Virus record (IMG/VR): IMGVR_UViG_3300047564_002270
Coordinates: 95,420-159,419 of that record
Source of the DNA: a virus
Length of the DNA: 64,000 nt
Direction: 5' to 3' (one strand)
Shown piece by piece: positions 1-9,231 of this stretch. Position numbers and translations under genes: made by a program. The stretch's first letter is position 1. Each line of letters begins with the position of its first letter. The notes beneath the pieces are model-generated. The model saw only the letters and a program-made list of their open reading frames with translations. It had not been told where the DNA came from and made no database searches.

Positions 1-1611
1 TTTTTAGATAATGTAAGTCAAATTCCATCTACACTTCCAACTGGTTATGTTAGTGGTGGTGATATTAGAGTTGGAACAGATGCAAATGGAGCTAATGAAG
101 CATCTATAATGACTGCTTATAGAATAAGACCTAATACTGGTATTGAAAACCCAGCATCCTTCACAGTTTCGGGAACCAATCCATACACAGCAATCACTGT
201 TGCATTAAGACCCAGTCTACAAAGTTCTGGTGCTTTAACCCAACTTCCTCTTCCGTTAGGGTCTGCTGCAGGGGACATTGTATTTTGCTCTTCAGTTGCT
301 GATGGAGGAACTTTAAATCCACCACCTGGTTTTATTGGGATTAGTTCAAGTGTTGGTAATGATAATGTTTCTTATCAATTATCATATAAAATATTAGCAG
401 CAGGAGAAACTTTAATAACAGGATTAACTCCAGCAGGGGCCATTGATGGCGGTGCCGGTGATGGAGATCCTGCTGGTGTTGCTCACGCTTGTTTAGTTTT
501 TAGGGGATTTGATCCTGCAAGCCCACCAACCTCAACAATAGCAACTGGAACAGGAAACCCAGATCCACCAAACATTACAGGATTATTGGCAGGTGATACT
601 GCTATTGCTCTTGGATTTTTAGATAATGTAAGTATTACACCAACAGGAGTTCCTGCAAATTTCATTAGTGCGGTTAATGTTAGAGTCGGAACTGATAATA
701 ATGGAAATAATGAAGCATCCTTTATGTCTGCTTATAGATTAACAATACCAGGGACTTCAGAAAATCCAACAACCTTTAATGTTGGTGGGGGAGGAGAACC
801 TTGGACTGCCATTACTATTGGATTAAGAGCTGCTAGATCTCAAAAATTCTCCATTATAACAGGAGGTTGTGGTGGTTCTGGTGGTGGTTATAGTGGAATT
901 TTTTATAATCTAGGTGGAATATTAACTCCTTTATTGATCGCCGGAGGTGGTGGCGGAGGAGGTGGTGCTTCTATTAATGCTACTACTTCCGGTGGAGTTG
1001 GAGGTGCTGGAGGAGGAGGCGCTGGTGGTCCAGGATTTTCTGGTTTAGGTGGTCTTAACTCTGGACCAGGAGGTGGTGGAGGAACTCTTATCTCTGGAGG
1101 TGCTGGTGGATTTAATCTCGGTTCTGGTCTAAACCCAGGAGAAGCAGGTTTTTTTTGGGATACTGCTGAGGTATCGGGATTTTTGACTGGCGGGAGAGGT
1201 GCAAATTCTCCTGTTGCTGATACAACATCAGTTCCATTATATGGAGCAAATGCAACTGGTGGATGGATAAGAGGATCTGGTGGTGGAAGTTCTAGAAATC
1301 TAGATCCATATATTACATCACCTATTCCTACAGACTGTGGTGGTGCAGGTGGGGCAGGTTATTATGGAGGAGGAGGTGGTGGCGCTGGAAATAACGCTGG
1401 TGGCGGTGGAGGTGGTGGAGGATCTAATTATATAAATCCACTAGTTTCTGCTTTAGATAATTTTGTTGCAATAGGAACTTCTCCGGGAGTTGTTTATGAT
1501 GGTATAATAGGATATGGTGGTAATAGTGTTATCGGGAATGGAACTGCTTACGTTTCAGGTCTTGGGGGAGGTAATGGATTGGTTGCAATTTCCTTTATTC
1601 AACCAGCATAA
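1..1611 (+). CDS. Glycine-rich virion/fibre protein, 5'-truncated (frame is open from base 1)
   Basis: Frame of ORF 109..1611 is open back to base 1 (FLDNVSQ...NEASIM). That stretch repeats 615 nt later (FLDNVSI...NEASFM). C-terminal GGGGG-rich domain ends GGNGLVAISF. Confidence 0.8.
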   Translation, partial: FLDNVSQIPSTLPTGYVSGGDIRVGTDANGANEASIMTAYRIRPNTGIENPASFTVSGTNPYTAITVALRPSLQSSGALTQLPLPLGSAAGDIVFCSSVADGGTLNPPPGFIGISSSVGNDNVSYQLSYKILAAGETLITGLTPAGAIDGGAGDGDPAGVAHACLVFRGFDPASPPTSTIATGTGNPDPPNITGLLAGDTAIALGFLDNVSITPTGVPANFISAVNVRVGTDNNGNNEASFMSAYRLTIPGTSENPTTFNVGGGGEPWTAITIGLRAARSQKFSIITGGCGGSGGGYSGIFYNLGGILTPLLIAGGGGGGGGASINATTSGGVGGAGGGGAGGPGFSGLGGLNSGPGGGGGTLISGGAGGFNLGSGLNPGEAGFFWDTAEVSGFLTGGRGANSPVADTTSVPLYGANATGGWIRGSGGGSSRNLDPYITSPIPTDCGGAGGAGYYGGGGGGAGNNAGGGGGGGGSNYINPLVSALDNFVAIGTSPGVVYDGIIGYGGNSVIGNGTAYVSGLGGGNGLVAISFIQPA

Positions 1612-1619
1612 TTATTTCC

Positions 1620-1648
1620 TTGACTTCCCAGCAAGAAAGTGCTACACT
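1620..1648 (+). promoter_or_regulatory. sigma70-like promoter
   Basis: TTGACT-17nt-TACACT with TG extension, upstream of ORF 1672. Confidence 0.6.
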
Positions 1649-1671
1649 AGGATCGGTGTTACGTTTTTACT

Positions 1672-1854
1672 ATGCAAGAAGAGTATTTGACCCGATGCGT
1701 GGTTGATCCCCTTAAAAGGACTGTTTATATTTACTCCAGTGAGGGGACAGAACGAGAAGTGTCCTGTGATACCGTTGATGAGTTTATGAATGTGCTAGAG
1801 TTCGTTCGTGCAACTTTGGATGAAAAAACTCTCTCATATGCAAATCCACTTTGA
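1672..1854 (+). CDS. hypothetical cyanophage protein
   Basis: 60 aa ORF behind a promoter. Confidence 0.7.
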   Translation: MQEEYLTRCVVDPLKRTVYIYSSEGTEREVSCDTVDEFMNVLEFVRATLDEKTLSYANPL

Positions 1855-1915
1855 TTTTCATTTTTTAGGGCAAAAATTTTCCCAGTAAAAATTTTCACAT
1901 AAGGATTTTTAAGAT

Positions 1916-2095
1916 ATGCGTCCAGAAACAAAAGAATCAATGGAAATGTTGTTTTCAGCAAAATGGAATCTTCCAGAAGCAGCAAGAAACTGTGGATTAA
2001 CTAATAAAGAAATGAAAATTACTTTTAACGAATACTGCACTTTACATCCCCCAACATATACTCCAGAAACTGATTTTAAAACATCATCTAAATAA
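1916..2095 (+). CDS. small hypothetical protein (MRPETKESMEMLFSAKWNLP...)
   Basis: 59 aa ORF read manually, below track cutoff, fills the gap. Confidence 0.65.
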   Translation: MRPETKESMEMLFSAKWNLPEAARNCGLTNKEMKITFNEYCTLHPPTYTPETDFKTSSK

Positions 2096-2120
2096 ACAAA
2101 AAGTAATAGGAGTTGTTCCT

Positions 2121-2390
2121 ATGAAATACAGGATAGATGCAGCATATGTTTGGTATAACCGAAAAACGCAGATAGTCTTGATGTATTTCATAAATCAAAT
2201 TCCATTTACTTTTGATGAACTTCCAGATTATTGTATGGATGATCTGGAATTAGTTGAAATGGCAAACAATGAACTCAAATTTGAACCTGAGGACTTGTAT
2301 CAATCTTCACATTACCTTATAATGGAAGAGTGCCATCCTCTCATGTTTGAATTAGAACTGGAAAATCCAGAAATGTTGCCTGTTGATTAA
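2121..2390 (+). CDS. hypothetical protein
   Basis: 89 aa acidic ORF with AGGAG SD and CTAAATA upstream. Confidence 0.7.
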   Translation: MKYRIDAAYVWYNRKTQIVLMYFINQIPFTFDELPDYCMDDLELVEMANNELKFEPEDLYQSSHYLIMEECHPLMFELELENPEMLPVD

Positions 2391-2393
2391 ATT

Positions 2394-2465
2394 GCCCTTG
2401 TAGCTCAGTGGTAGAGCAACGGTTTTGTAAACCGTTGGTCGCTGGTTCAAATCCAGTCGGGGGCT
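2394..2465 (+). tRNA. trnT: tRNA-Thr (anticodon TGT)
   Basis: Acceptor GCCCTTG/CGGGGGC, D arm TAGCTCAGTGGTAGAGC, anticodon stem ACGGT/ACCGT with loop TTTGTAA, T arm GGTTCAAATCC; no encoded CCA. Confidence 0.93.
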
Positions 2466-2485
2466 TGAGTTCTTAAAACTCCAAA

Positions 2486-2680
2486 ATGTCATTAATTTCA
2501 CAAAAAGATCGAAAACTTGCTATTGAAGCATTAGAGTATTATAAAACACAAATTCCATTAACCATTACTGTAGGAGAACTTGTTTCCGATACCGTCATTG
2601 AACAAGACGAACAAAAAATGATGGAACTTAATGCTCTTATAAATTGGATTAAATTAGAATACTTCAAAAATGAAAATTAA
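2486..2680 (+). CDS. hypothetical protein
   Basis: 64 aa ORF. Confidence 0.65.
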   Translation: MSLISQKDRKLAIEALEYYKTQIPLTITVGELVSDTVIEQDEQKMMELNALINWIKLEYFKNEN

Positions 2681-2840
2681 TCTGTGGTATTGCCAATCTA
2701 TGAATATGTGGCGTTGGACACTGACTGATGACTCTAGACCTATCTTAAAACAAGAAGCAGGTCAACAACCAGATCTTCGTGCTGCAATGAATGATGTTGC
2801 AAACACTGTAGAATATATGATGAAATCCTCACACGAATGA
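2670..2840 (+). CDS. small hypothetical protein (MKINLWYCQSMNMWRWTL...)
   Basis: 56 aa ORF read manually; its TGA overlaps the ATG of the next gene. Confidence 0.65.
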   Translation: MKINLWYCQSMNMWRWTLTDDSRPILKQEAGQQPDLRAAMNDVANTVEYMMKSSHE

Positions 2841-3472
2841 GTAAAAATACTCAGTTTTTTATAGATAGAGTAGGTAAAGAAGAAATCAAAAATCTTCTTT
2901 ATAATTATCATTATTTAAAAGACGAATCAAAGGACTTTAAGAGTGGATACAACTACGGTTTATTCAAATCCAGTGTTTCTGATATTTTGCATATTGGTGA
3001 CTGCCTCGCTGCTTGTATCTTTACTAAGATCCCCGTCCCAGAAATAGCAGTCGGGGCATTTGGATTGCAAAGAGATGAACAAGACGGTCTTTATGAATTA
3101 TCGAGATTATGTGTTCACCCAGATATTCAAAAAACAGAATACAACATCACTTCTTGGTTTGTCAGTCGTTGTATAAAGAGGTTTAAAAAAGATGCCCGCG
3201 TTCGTTGTATTCTTAGCTATGCTGATGCTAATCACCACTCTGGAGTTATATACAGAGCTTGTAATTTTACTTACTACGGTTTAACTGATCCTAAAAAGGA
3301 TTTTTATTATTCTGATGGATCCAAACACTCAAGAGGTTCTGTAAAAGGTTCTGAAGGTGAATGGAGAGAAAGAAGTCGAAAGCATAGATATCTGATGCTA
3401 TTCGACAAAGAACTTAAAAAACGCTTGACTTGGAAAGAAGAAAAGTGGTATAATAATACAGGCGATACTTAA
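2837..3472 (+). CDS. Mom-like GNAT-fold DNA adenine modification protein
   Basis: YHYL...ELSRL...SWFVSRCIK...LSYAD..HHSGVIYRACNF...KHRY pattern typical of the phage Mu Mom family. Confidence 0.75.
   Translation: MSKNTQFFIDRVGKEEIKNLLYNYHYLKDESKDFKSGYNYGLFKSSVSDILHIGDCLAACIFTKIPVPEIAVGAFGLQRDEQDGLYELSRLCVHPDIQKTEYNITSWFVSRCIKRFKKDARVRCILSYADANHHSGVIYRACNFTYYGLTDPKKDFYYSDGSKHSRGSVKGSEGEWRERSRKHRYLMLFDKELKKRLTWKEEKWYNNTGDT
3425..3454 (+). promoter_or_regulatory. sigma70-like promoter inside the 3' end of the mom-like gene
   Basis: TTGACT-18nt-TATAAT with TG extension. Confidence 0.55.
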
Positions 3473-3498
3473 ACCAGATTCCCTTCCGTGTGACTTGA

Positions 3499-3526
3499 AA
3501 AACCTCCCCCAAAGGGAGGTTTTCTT
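3499..3526 (+). terminator. intrinsic terminator
   Basis: AAAACCTCCC-CCAAA-GGGAGGTTTT(CTT). Confidence 0.75.
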
Positions 3527-3530
3527 GTTG

Positions 3531-3537
3531 CTAAATA
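3531..3537 (+). promoter_or_regulatory. T4-type late promoter
   Basis: CTAAATA 30 nt upstream of a structural gene. Confidence 0.6.
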
Positions 3538-3566
3538 ATCTATAACAGAATTTATAGCGCAATAAA

Positions 3567-6500
3567 ATGGGTCTCAGTCGTCTGGATAATTTTCTGAAGA
3601 GCACTCGTGGAGAAATTCTTTATGTTGATCCATCAAGTATCGACTCTACAGATAGTATAGAAAATAAGGGTAATTCATTAACTAGACCCTTTAAAACTAT
3701 ACAAAGAGCATTAATAGAAGCAGCAAGATTTTCATACCAGAAAGGTTTAGATAATGATAGGTTTGGTAAAACGACCATTCTTCTTTATCCAGGTGAGCAC
3801 CTTATTGATAATCGTCCAGGGTGGATTCCAGATATTTCCCTCGGACAGAATACTTATCTTTTGAGAAATGGAACTTCAAGTAATGATTTTACTCAATTTG
3901 ATGTAAATACCAATTTTAATATTGCATCAGAAAATAATATTCTCTACAAAATGAATAGTGTCCATGGGGGAGTTATTATTCCTCGCGGAACTTCTATTGT
4001 CGGTTATGATCTTCGTAAAACCAAAATTCGTCCTAAGTATGTCCCAAATCCTGACGAAGTTGATGGAGCAAATATTGAAAGATCTGCTATTTTTAGAGTA
4101 ACAGGTGCTTGTTACTTATGGCAATTTACTGTTTTTGATGCAGATCCAAATATTCCTTGTTATATCGATTATACGACAAACACATTTTTCCCAAGATTTT
4201 CTCATCATAAACTTACTTGTTTTGAATATGCAGACGGAGTAAATCCAGTAACTATCAATGACGAGTTTATTCAGAACTTTTCTACAACTCGAACTGACTT
4301 AGATATTTACTATGAAAAAGTTGGAATTGCTTATGGGGAAAGTAGTGATAGAGGAATTTCAAACGATTATCCATCATCCTTATTAGATATTCAACCAAAG
4401 ATTGATGAATATTTGATCGTAGGTTCTCGTGGAGATGAAATAGGTATTACAAGTATTCGTGCAGGAAATGGAACAGTATCTGGTAATACAATTACCGTTG
4501 AGTTATCAGAGCCATTTGAAAACATTGATGTTGACTCTCCTATTCAAATTAAAGGAATTGGTCCAGCAGGATATAATGGTCAACAAGTTGTAAGTAAAGT
4601 TATCAGTGATAGCGTAATTCAGTATAAGGTTCAAACTCCTCCAGAAACTCCGAGTATCCCTTCTCCTCCTGGAGCAACTTTAAGTCTTATTTTAGATACT
4701 GTTAATTCTGCCTCTCCATACATTTTCAACTGTTCTCTAAGATCCGTGTATGGTATGTGTGGTCTTCACGCAGATGGAGACAAGGCAGGTGGATTTAAGA
4801 GTATGGTTGTTGCGCAATTCACCGGAATTGGTCTACAGAAAGATAATAAGGCATTCGTAAAATATAATCCAAATACCGGAGAATATGATGACGAACTGGC
4901 AACTGGAGATCAAAACATTTATGCCAATTCACTAGCACGTCATAAACCATCTTATGAAAGTATTCATATTAAGTGCAGTAACAATGCGTTTATTCAGGTA
5001 GTTTCCGTATTTGCAATTGGATTTACTCGCCACTTCTTAACAGAGTCTGGTGGAGACCTTTCGATCACAAACTCAAACTCCAACTTTGGAGCAAACTCAT
5101 TAACTGCGACTGGATTTAGAAACGAAGCGTTTTTAAGAGATGATGTTGGTTATATTACTCACATCATTCCACCAAAAGAAATCGAACCAATTGAAACAAG
5201 TTCTGAATTTAATGCGATTGATGTAGCATTGACCATTTCCAGAGGATCTGCGGGAAGCAATAGATTATACTTGTACAATAAAAAATCTTTAGATGCCCCA
5301 CCAAATCATATTTTGGATGGATATAGAATTGGAGCAAAGACTGACGATAAACTTTATTTTACAATAAATCAGAGTGGAGTTACTTCAACATATTTTGCTA
5401 ACATTGTTATCCCAGGAACTTCTCAAAGCAAAGAAAAATTATCCTATGTTTCTAGAAGTAATTCTTTAAACAACATTACTGACGATATAATTAATTTTTC
5501 TTCACCACACTCTTTTTCAACAGGGGAAAAAATTAGAATTATTAGTGAAAATGGTTATTTGCCTGATGGAGTTAAAGAAGATCAGATATATTATGCGATA
5601 ACAAATTCGTTACCCGGTTCTTCATTAACTACATCACAGTTAAAGATTGCAAAATCTTTCAATGATGCCCAAAACAATAATTTTATAAGTATCAATAATA
5701 GAGGTGGTTCATTAAAGGTAGTAAGTAGAGTTTCTGATAAAAAACCAAACGAAATTGGACATCCTATTCAGTGGGATATCTCATTGTCGCAGTGGTATAT
5801 TTCTGTTTCTTCAGATGGAGCAAATAATACGATATATGATGCAATTGTTGCTGCAGGAGTTGCAACTCTTGGTCCAGCAACCTCTAGAACTTATATTGAA
5901 AGAACAATAGATACTAGATCTTTATCGGATACTCTTTACAAAATTAGATATGTAATCCCATCAAGTTCATCAATTACTTCAAGACCTCCAAGCGAAGGAT
6001 TTATTCTTCAAGAGTCTAATAAAACAATTGGAGCAAGTGATGATGAAGTTACAAAATATTTTAGAAATTTAAATAACCCTGCAACTCTTGGAAATATTAA
6101 TGAACTAAGAAATTTCAGATTTATTTCTAATGCAACTTGGTCTAATACTAACAAGGATGTTACTATTACTACTGAACTAGATCACGGTCTATCTGTAGGT
6201 TCCGAAGTTGAAATTAAGAGTATTAAGAGTACAAGAAATGCTACAGGAATTGATAAGATTGGATTTAATGGTTTATTCACAGTAACCGCAGTTCCCACTA
6301 GAAGAACTTTTAAATATGCTTTGATTACAAACCCAGGTAATTTCACTAGTAATACTTCAGCGAGAACTGTCGATCTTCCAAGATTTTCCCGTAAAAAGTA
6401 TTCTGGAATTTACTCAATTTACAAATCTGAAGAAATTAAACCTTATATCAAGGGGCAGCAAGATGGAGTATATCACTTAACAATTACAAATTCTTCAAAC

Positions 6501-9212
6501 TCACCTTCAGCATCTCCATTTGATTCTTTTAAATTGAGTCAACCGATTCAAAATCTTTATCCAAGAACAAATAGAGATGAACCAGTTTCTGACGCACCTT
6601 CTGCTTCTTCTTTTGCAGTTCCGGATCCAGTTGGAAAAGTTGTAGTTGATGATCCAGAAAATAGTATTACTAAAGAAACTATTGATAGTTCTTTATTAGA
6701 TTTCAATCAGTCAATAAAAATTAATAATATAATTTCAATAGACGCTAACACTCATGACATTTATACTTCATCTGATCACGGTCTAAATCGTTTAATTTCA
6801 GCAACTGTTTTAACTCCTGGGTCAAATTATGGAACTGGTTCTGGAGTAACCGAAACTTATTACAATGCCCAATTAATTAGTAATACTGGTTTTGGAACAG
6901 AAGCATCTGCAAAAGTTGTTGTTAGTTCTGCCGGAACAATTTTTTCAGTTGAAATTATGAATCCCGGAACTGGATATTTTGTTAATGAAGAGTTATCTGT
7001 GGTTGGAATTGCTACTACAGGTCTTCATACTCCAGGAACAGTAAGAGTATCTAATGTATATAATAATATTGGCGATAATATAAAAATTTCCAATATTAAA
7101 GATCCATCTTATAAAAAGTATAATGGACTTTATAAAATTACATTATTAAATAGCTCTTCTAACAGAATTAGAGTTGCATCGTTAAATCCTATTTCATCCC
7201 CTGTTGTTGGATCCGGAATAGGAGCTACAGTATCTCAGCCTTCATTCATAAATCTGACAGGAAAAAGTTTGACGATTACTGCGGCCAGTTATAATTCTAC
7301 ATCAGGTATTGCAACTTTTGCATCTTCTTCTCCTCATGGATTATTCAAAGGAAATAAAATTTCAATTTCTAGTTCGACAGTAGAATATAATCAATCATTT
7401 ATCGTAAATCAAGTTCCTCTTAATAATACATTCTCAGTAAATGTTGGAAAAGGTCTTTCCCCAGCAGGTGTTGGAGGTGCTGTTTTAAACTATGAGGGGG
7501 TATCTTCAAGAGGTGAATTAACTTCTACTGAAGATGAGAATGTTTCCGAAAGAATGATCTTTAATTATGGAAATCTAACAACTTATACTTCAGCAACATT
7601 AGGACCAGAACTTTCAAGCACTCAAGTTACACTTTCTGATAGATACGATTTGAGAATTGGTGATTTTATACTGATTAACAATGAAATTATGAGAGTGAAG
7701 ACGACTGTAACAAGTAATGTTATACAAGTTGATCGTGCTCTGGTAGGAACATCACCAGAAAATCACGCTTTAGGTTCTTTAGTAAGAAGAATTAATATTA
7801 TTCCAATTGAATTCAGAAGAAATTCTATTTTAAGAGCTTCTGGACATACATTTGAATATCTTGGATTTGGTCCAGGAAATTATTCGACTGCATTCCCCGA
7901 GAGGCAAGATAGGCAGTTAAGTCCTCAAGAAGAATTATTTGCACAGTCTGCTAAATTTGGCGCAGGTGCTGTTATATTCACTGGAATGAACAGTGATGGT
8001 GATTCCTATACTGGAAATAAAAAGGTCAGTTCTTCAGGAAGGGGTGAAACTTATGATACGCCAATTCCAAGCTTTGTTGGAGATCCTCCAGAGTCTTCTA
8101 ATACACTTGGAATTGATTACATAAATCCTGATGTTATCTCTGTAAGTAGATCTATCTCGGTTGATGGTGGAGTTGAAGGAAATAACATTTCTAACTTTAA
8201 TGGACCAGTAATCTTCAATGAAAAAATTACATCCAATTCTCCAGATGGAATTGAAGCAAGTACTCTTTTACTTCAGGGTGATGCAAGAATTTCAAGAAGA
8301 TATACTGTAGGTATATCAACTCCGACTGTTGCTGGCAATCCAGGTGATGTTATTTTTGATGCTGCTCCTAATGTTGGTGGATCTATTGGTTGGGTATATA
8401 CTAACCAAAATAATTGGTCTAGATTTGGTTCAATTAATCTTTCCGAATTTTCATCCATTGGAGTTTTTGATGATTTAACTATTAATAATTCCGATTTTAA
8501 AGTTTCAACTGGAGTACAGCAATTTACTGTAAGTAATGGATTAGTTGGTATTGGAACTGCGCCAGAAGCTGGAACTGCATTAAAAGTTAATGGAAAAATT
8601 GTTGGGGATGGTTCTGGACTTACAGGTGTTTCTGATATTTGGGTTACCGATGCAGTTGGTATTCATACAAATACTCCTATTGGAATTAATACCACTAGTG
8701 CTAAGTCAGAGTATGCAATGTATGTTGAAGGAACTATGGCAATCAATGGATCCTTACGTGTATTTGAAATCATTGAAAAGGCAACCATTGATAACAGAAC
8801 TTTAACAAATACTACTATTCCAGTTTATTTGGCTGATAATAATGTTTATTATTTCGTAAATCCACCCACTGGCGATTGGACTTTAAGTTTCTTGGGAGAT
8901 AGTTCTAAATTAACAACAGAACCTGGATATTTCTTAGCTGGAGATAATGGTTTCTTAAATGTAGGAGAAACAATGACCGTTGCGATTATAACAAATCAAG
9001 GAGCAATTCCATACTATAATCCTACAATTCTTGTTGATAATTCTAATATTAATCCTTATTATTATGGTGGAGAAAAAATAACAACAGGAAATCCGAATGG
9101 TATTGATGTTTATACATATGTTCTCATAAGAAAAGCGGGATCGGCAGCAGGAGCGATATCCAATCAGATTACTGTTCTATATTCTCAGGCACAATACACC
9201 CAAATACCTTAA
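3567..9212 (+). CDS. large virion structural/tail-associated protein with pectin-lyase-like beta-helix N-terminus
   Basis: 1881 aa; MGLSRLDNFLK..RG.ILYVDP...PFKTIQRAL N-terminus characteristic of cyanomyovirus structural proteins; repeated H-G-L beta-barrel modules. Confidence 0.8.
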   Translation: MGLSRLDNFLKSTRGEILYVDPSSIDSTDSIENKGNSLTRPFKTIQRALIEAARFSYQKGLDNDRFGKTTILLYPGEHLIDNRPGWIPDISLGQNTYLLRNGTSSNDFTQFDVNTNFNIASENNILYKMNSVHGGVIIPRGTSIVGYDLRKTKIRPKYVPNPDEVDGANIERSAIFRVTGACYLWQFTVFDADPNIPCYIDYTTNTFFPRFSHHKLTCFEYADGVNPVTINDEFIQNFSTTRTDLDIYYEKVGIAYGESSDRGISNDYPSSLLDIQPKIDEYLIVGSRGDEIGITSIRAGNGTVSGNTITVELSEPFENIDVDSPIQIKGIGPAGYNGQQVVSKVISDSVIQYKVQTPPETPSIPSPPGATLSLILDTVNSASPYIFNCSLRSVYGMCGLHADGDKAGGFKSMVVAQFTGIGLQKDNKAFVKYNPNTGEYDDELATGDQNIYANSLARHKPSYESIHIKCSNNAFIQVVSVFAIGFTRHFLTESGGDLSITNSNSNFGANSLTATGFRNEAFLRDDVGYITHIIPPKEIEPIETSSEFNAIDVALTISRGSAGSNRLYLYNKKSLDAPPNHILDGYRIGAKTDDKLYFTINQSGVTSTYFANIVIPGTSQSKEKLSYVSRSNSLNNITDDIINFSSPHSFSTGEKIRIISENGYLPDGVKEDQIYYAITNSLPGSSLTTSQLKIAKSFNDAQNNNFISINNRGGSLKVVSRVSDKKPNEIGHPIQWDISLSQWYISVSSDGANNTIYDAIVAAGVATLGPATSRTYIERTIDTRSLSDTLYKIRYVIPSSSSITSRPPSEGFILQESNKTIGASDDEVTKYFRNLNNPATLGNINELRNFRFISNATWSNTNKDVTITTELDHGLSVGSEVEIKSIKSTRNATGIDKIGFNGLFTVTAVPTRRTFKYALITNPGNFTSNTSARTVDLPRFSRKKYSGIYSIYKSEEIKPYIKGQQDGVYHLTITNSSNSPSASPFDSFKLSQPIQNLYPRTNRDEPVSDAPSASSFAVPDPVGKVVVDDPENSITKETIDSSLLDFNQSIKINNIISIDANTHDIYTSSDHGLNRLISATVLTPGSNYGTGSGVTETYYNAQLISNTGFGTEASAKVVVSSAGTIFSVEIMNPGTGYFVNEELSVVGIATTGLHTPGTVRVSNVYNNIGDNIKISNIKDPSYKKYNGLYKITLLNSSSNRIRVASLNPISSPVVGSGIGATVSQPSFINLTGKSLTITAASYNSTSGIATFASSSPHGLFKGNKISISSSTVEYNQSFIVNQVPLNNTFSVNVGKGLSPAGVGGAVLNYEGVSSRGELTSTEDENVSERMIFNYGNLTTYTSATLGPELSSTQVTLSDRYDLRIGDFILINNEIMRVKTTVTSNVIQVDRALVGTSPENHALGSLVRRINIIPIEFRRNSILRASGHTFEYLGFGPGNYSTAFPERQDRQLSPQEELFAQSAKFGAGAVIFTGMNSDGDSYTGNKKVSSSGRGETYDTPIPSFVGDPPESSNTLGIDYINPDVISVSRSISVDGGVEGNNISNFNGPVIFNEKITSNSPDGIEASTLLLQGDARISRRYTVGISTPTVAGNPGDVIFDAAPNVGGSIGWVYTNQNNWSRFGSINLSEFSSIGVFDDLTINNSDFKVSTGVQQFTVSNGLVGIGTAPEAGTALKVNGKIVGDGSGLTGVSDIWVTDAVGIHTNTPIGINTTSAKSEYAMYVEGTMAINGSLRVFEIIEKATIDNRTLTNTTIPVYLADNNVYYFVNPPTGDWTLSFLGDSSKLTTEPGYFLAGDNGFLNVGETMTVAIITNQGAIPYYNPTILVDNSNINPYYYGGEKITTGNPNGIDVYTYVLIRKAGSAAGAISNQITVLYSQAQYTQIP

Positions 9213-9231
9213 TTATAAGGAGTAATAAAAA

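Noticed and set aside
1881-1906. CCC..AAAAATT..ACATAAGGA similarity to 63154-63175
   Set aside because: Short, AT-rich and gapped; could be chance
2421-2435. tRNA-Tyr (GTA) reading of the tRNA
   Set aside because: The stem ACGGT/ACCGT centres the 7-nt loop on TGT, and there is no long variable arm
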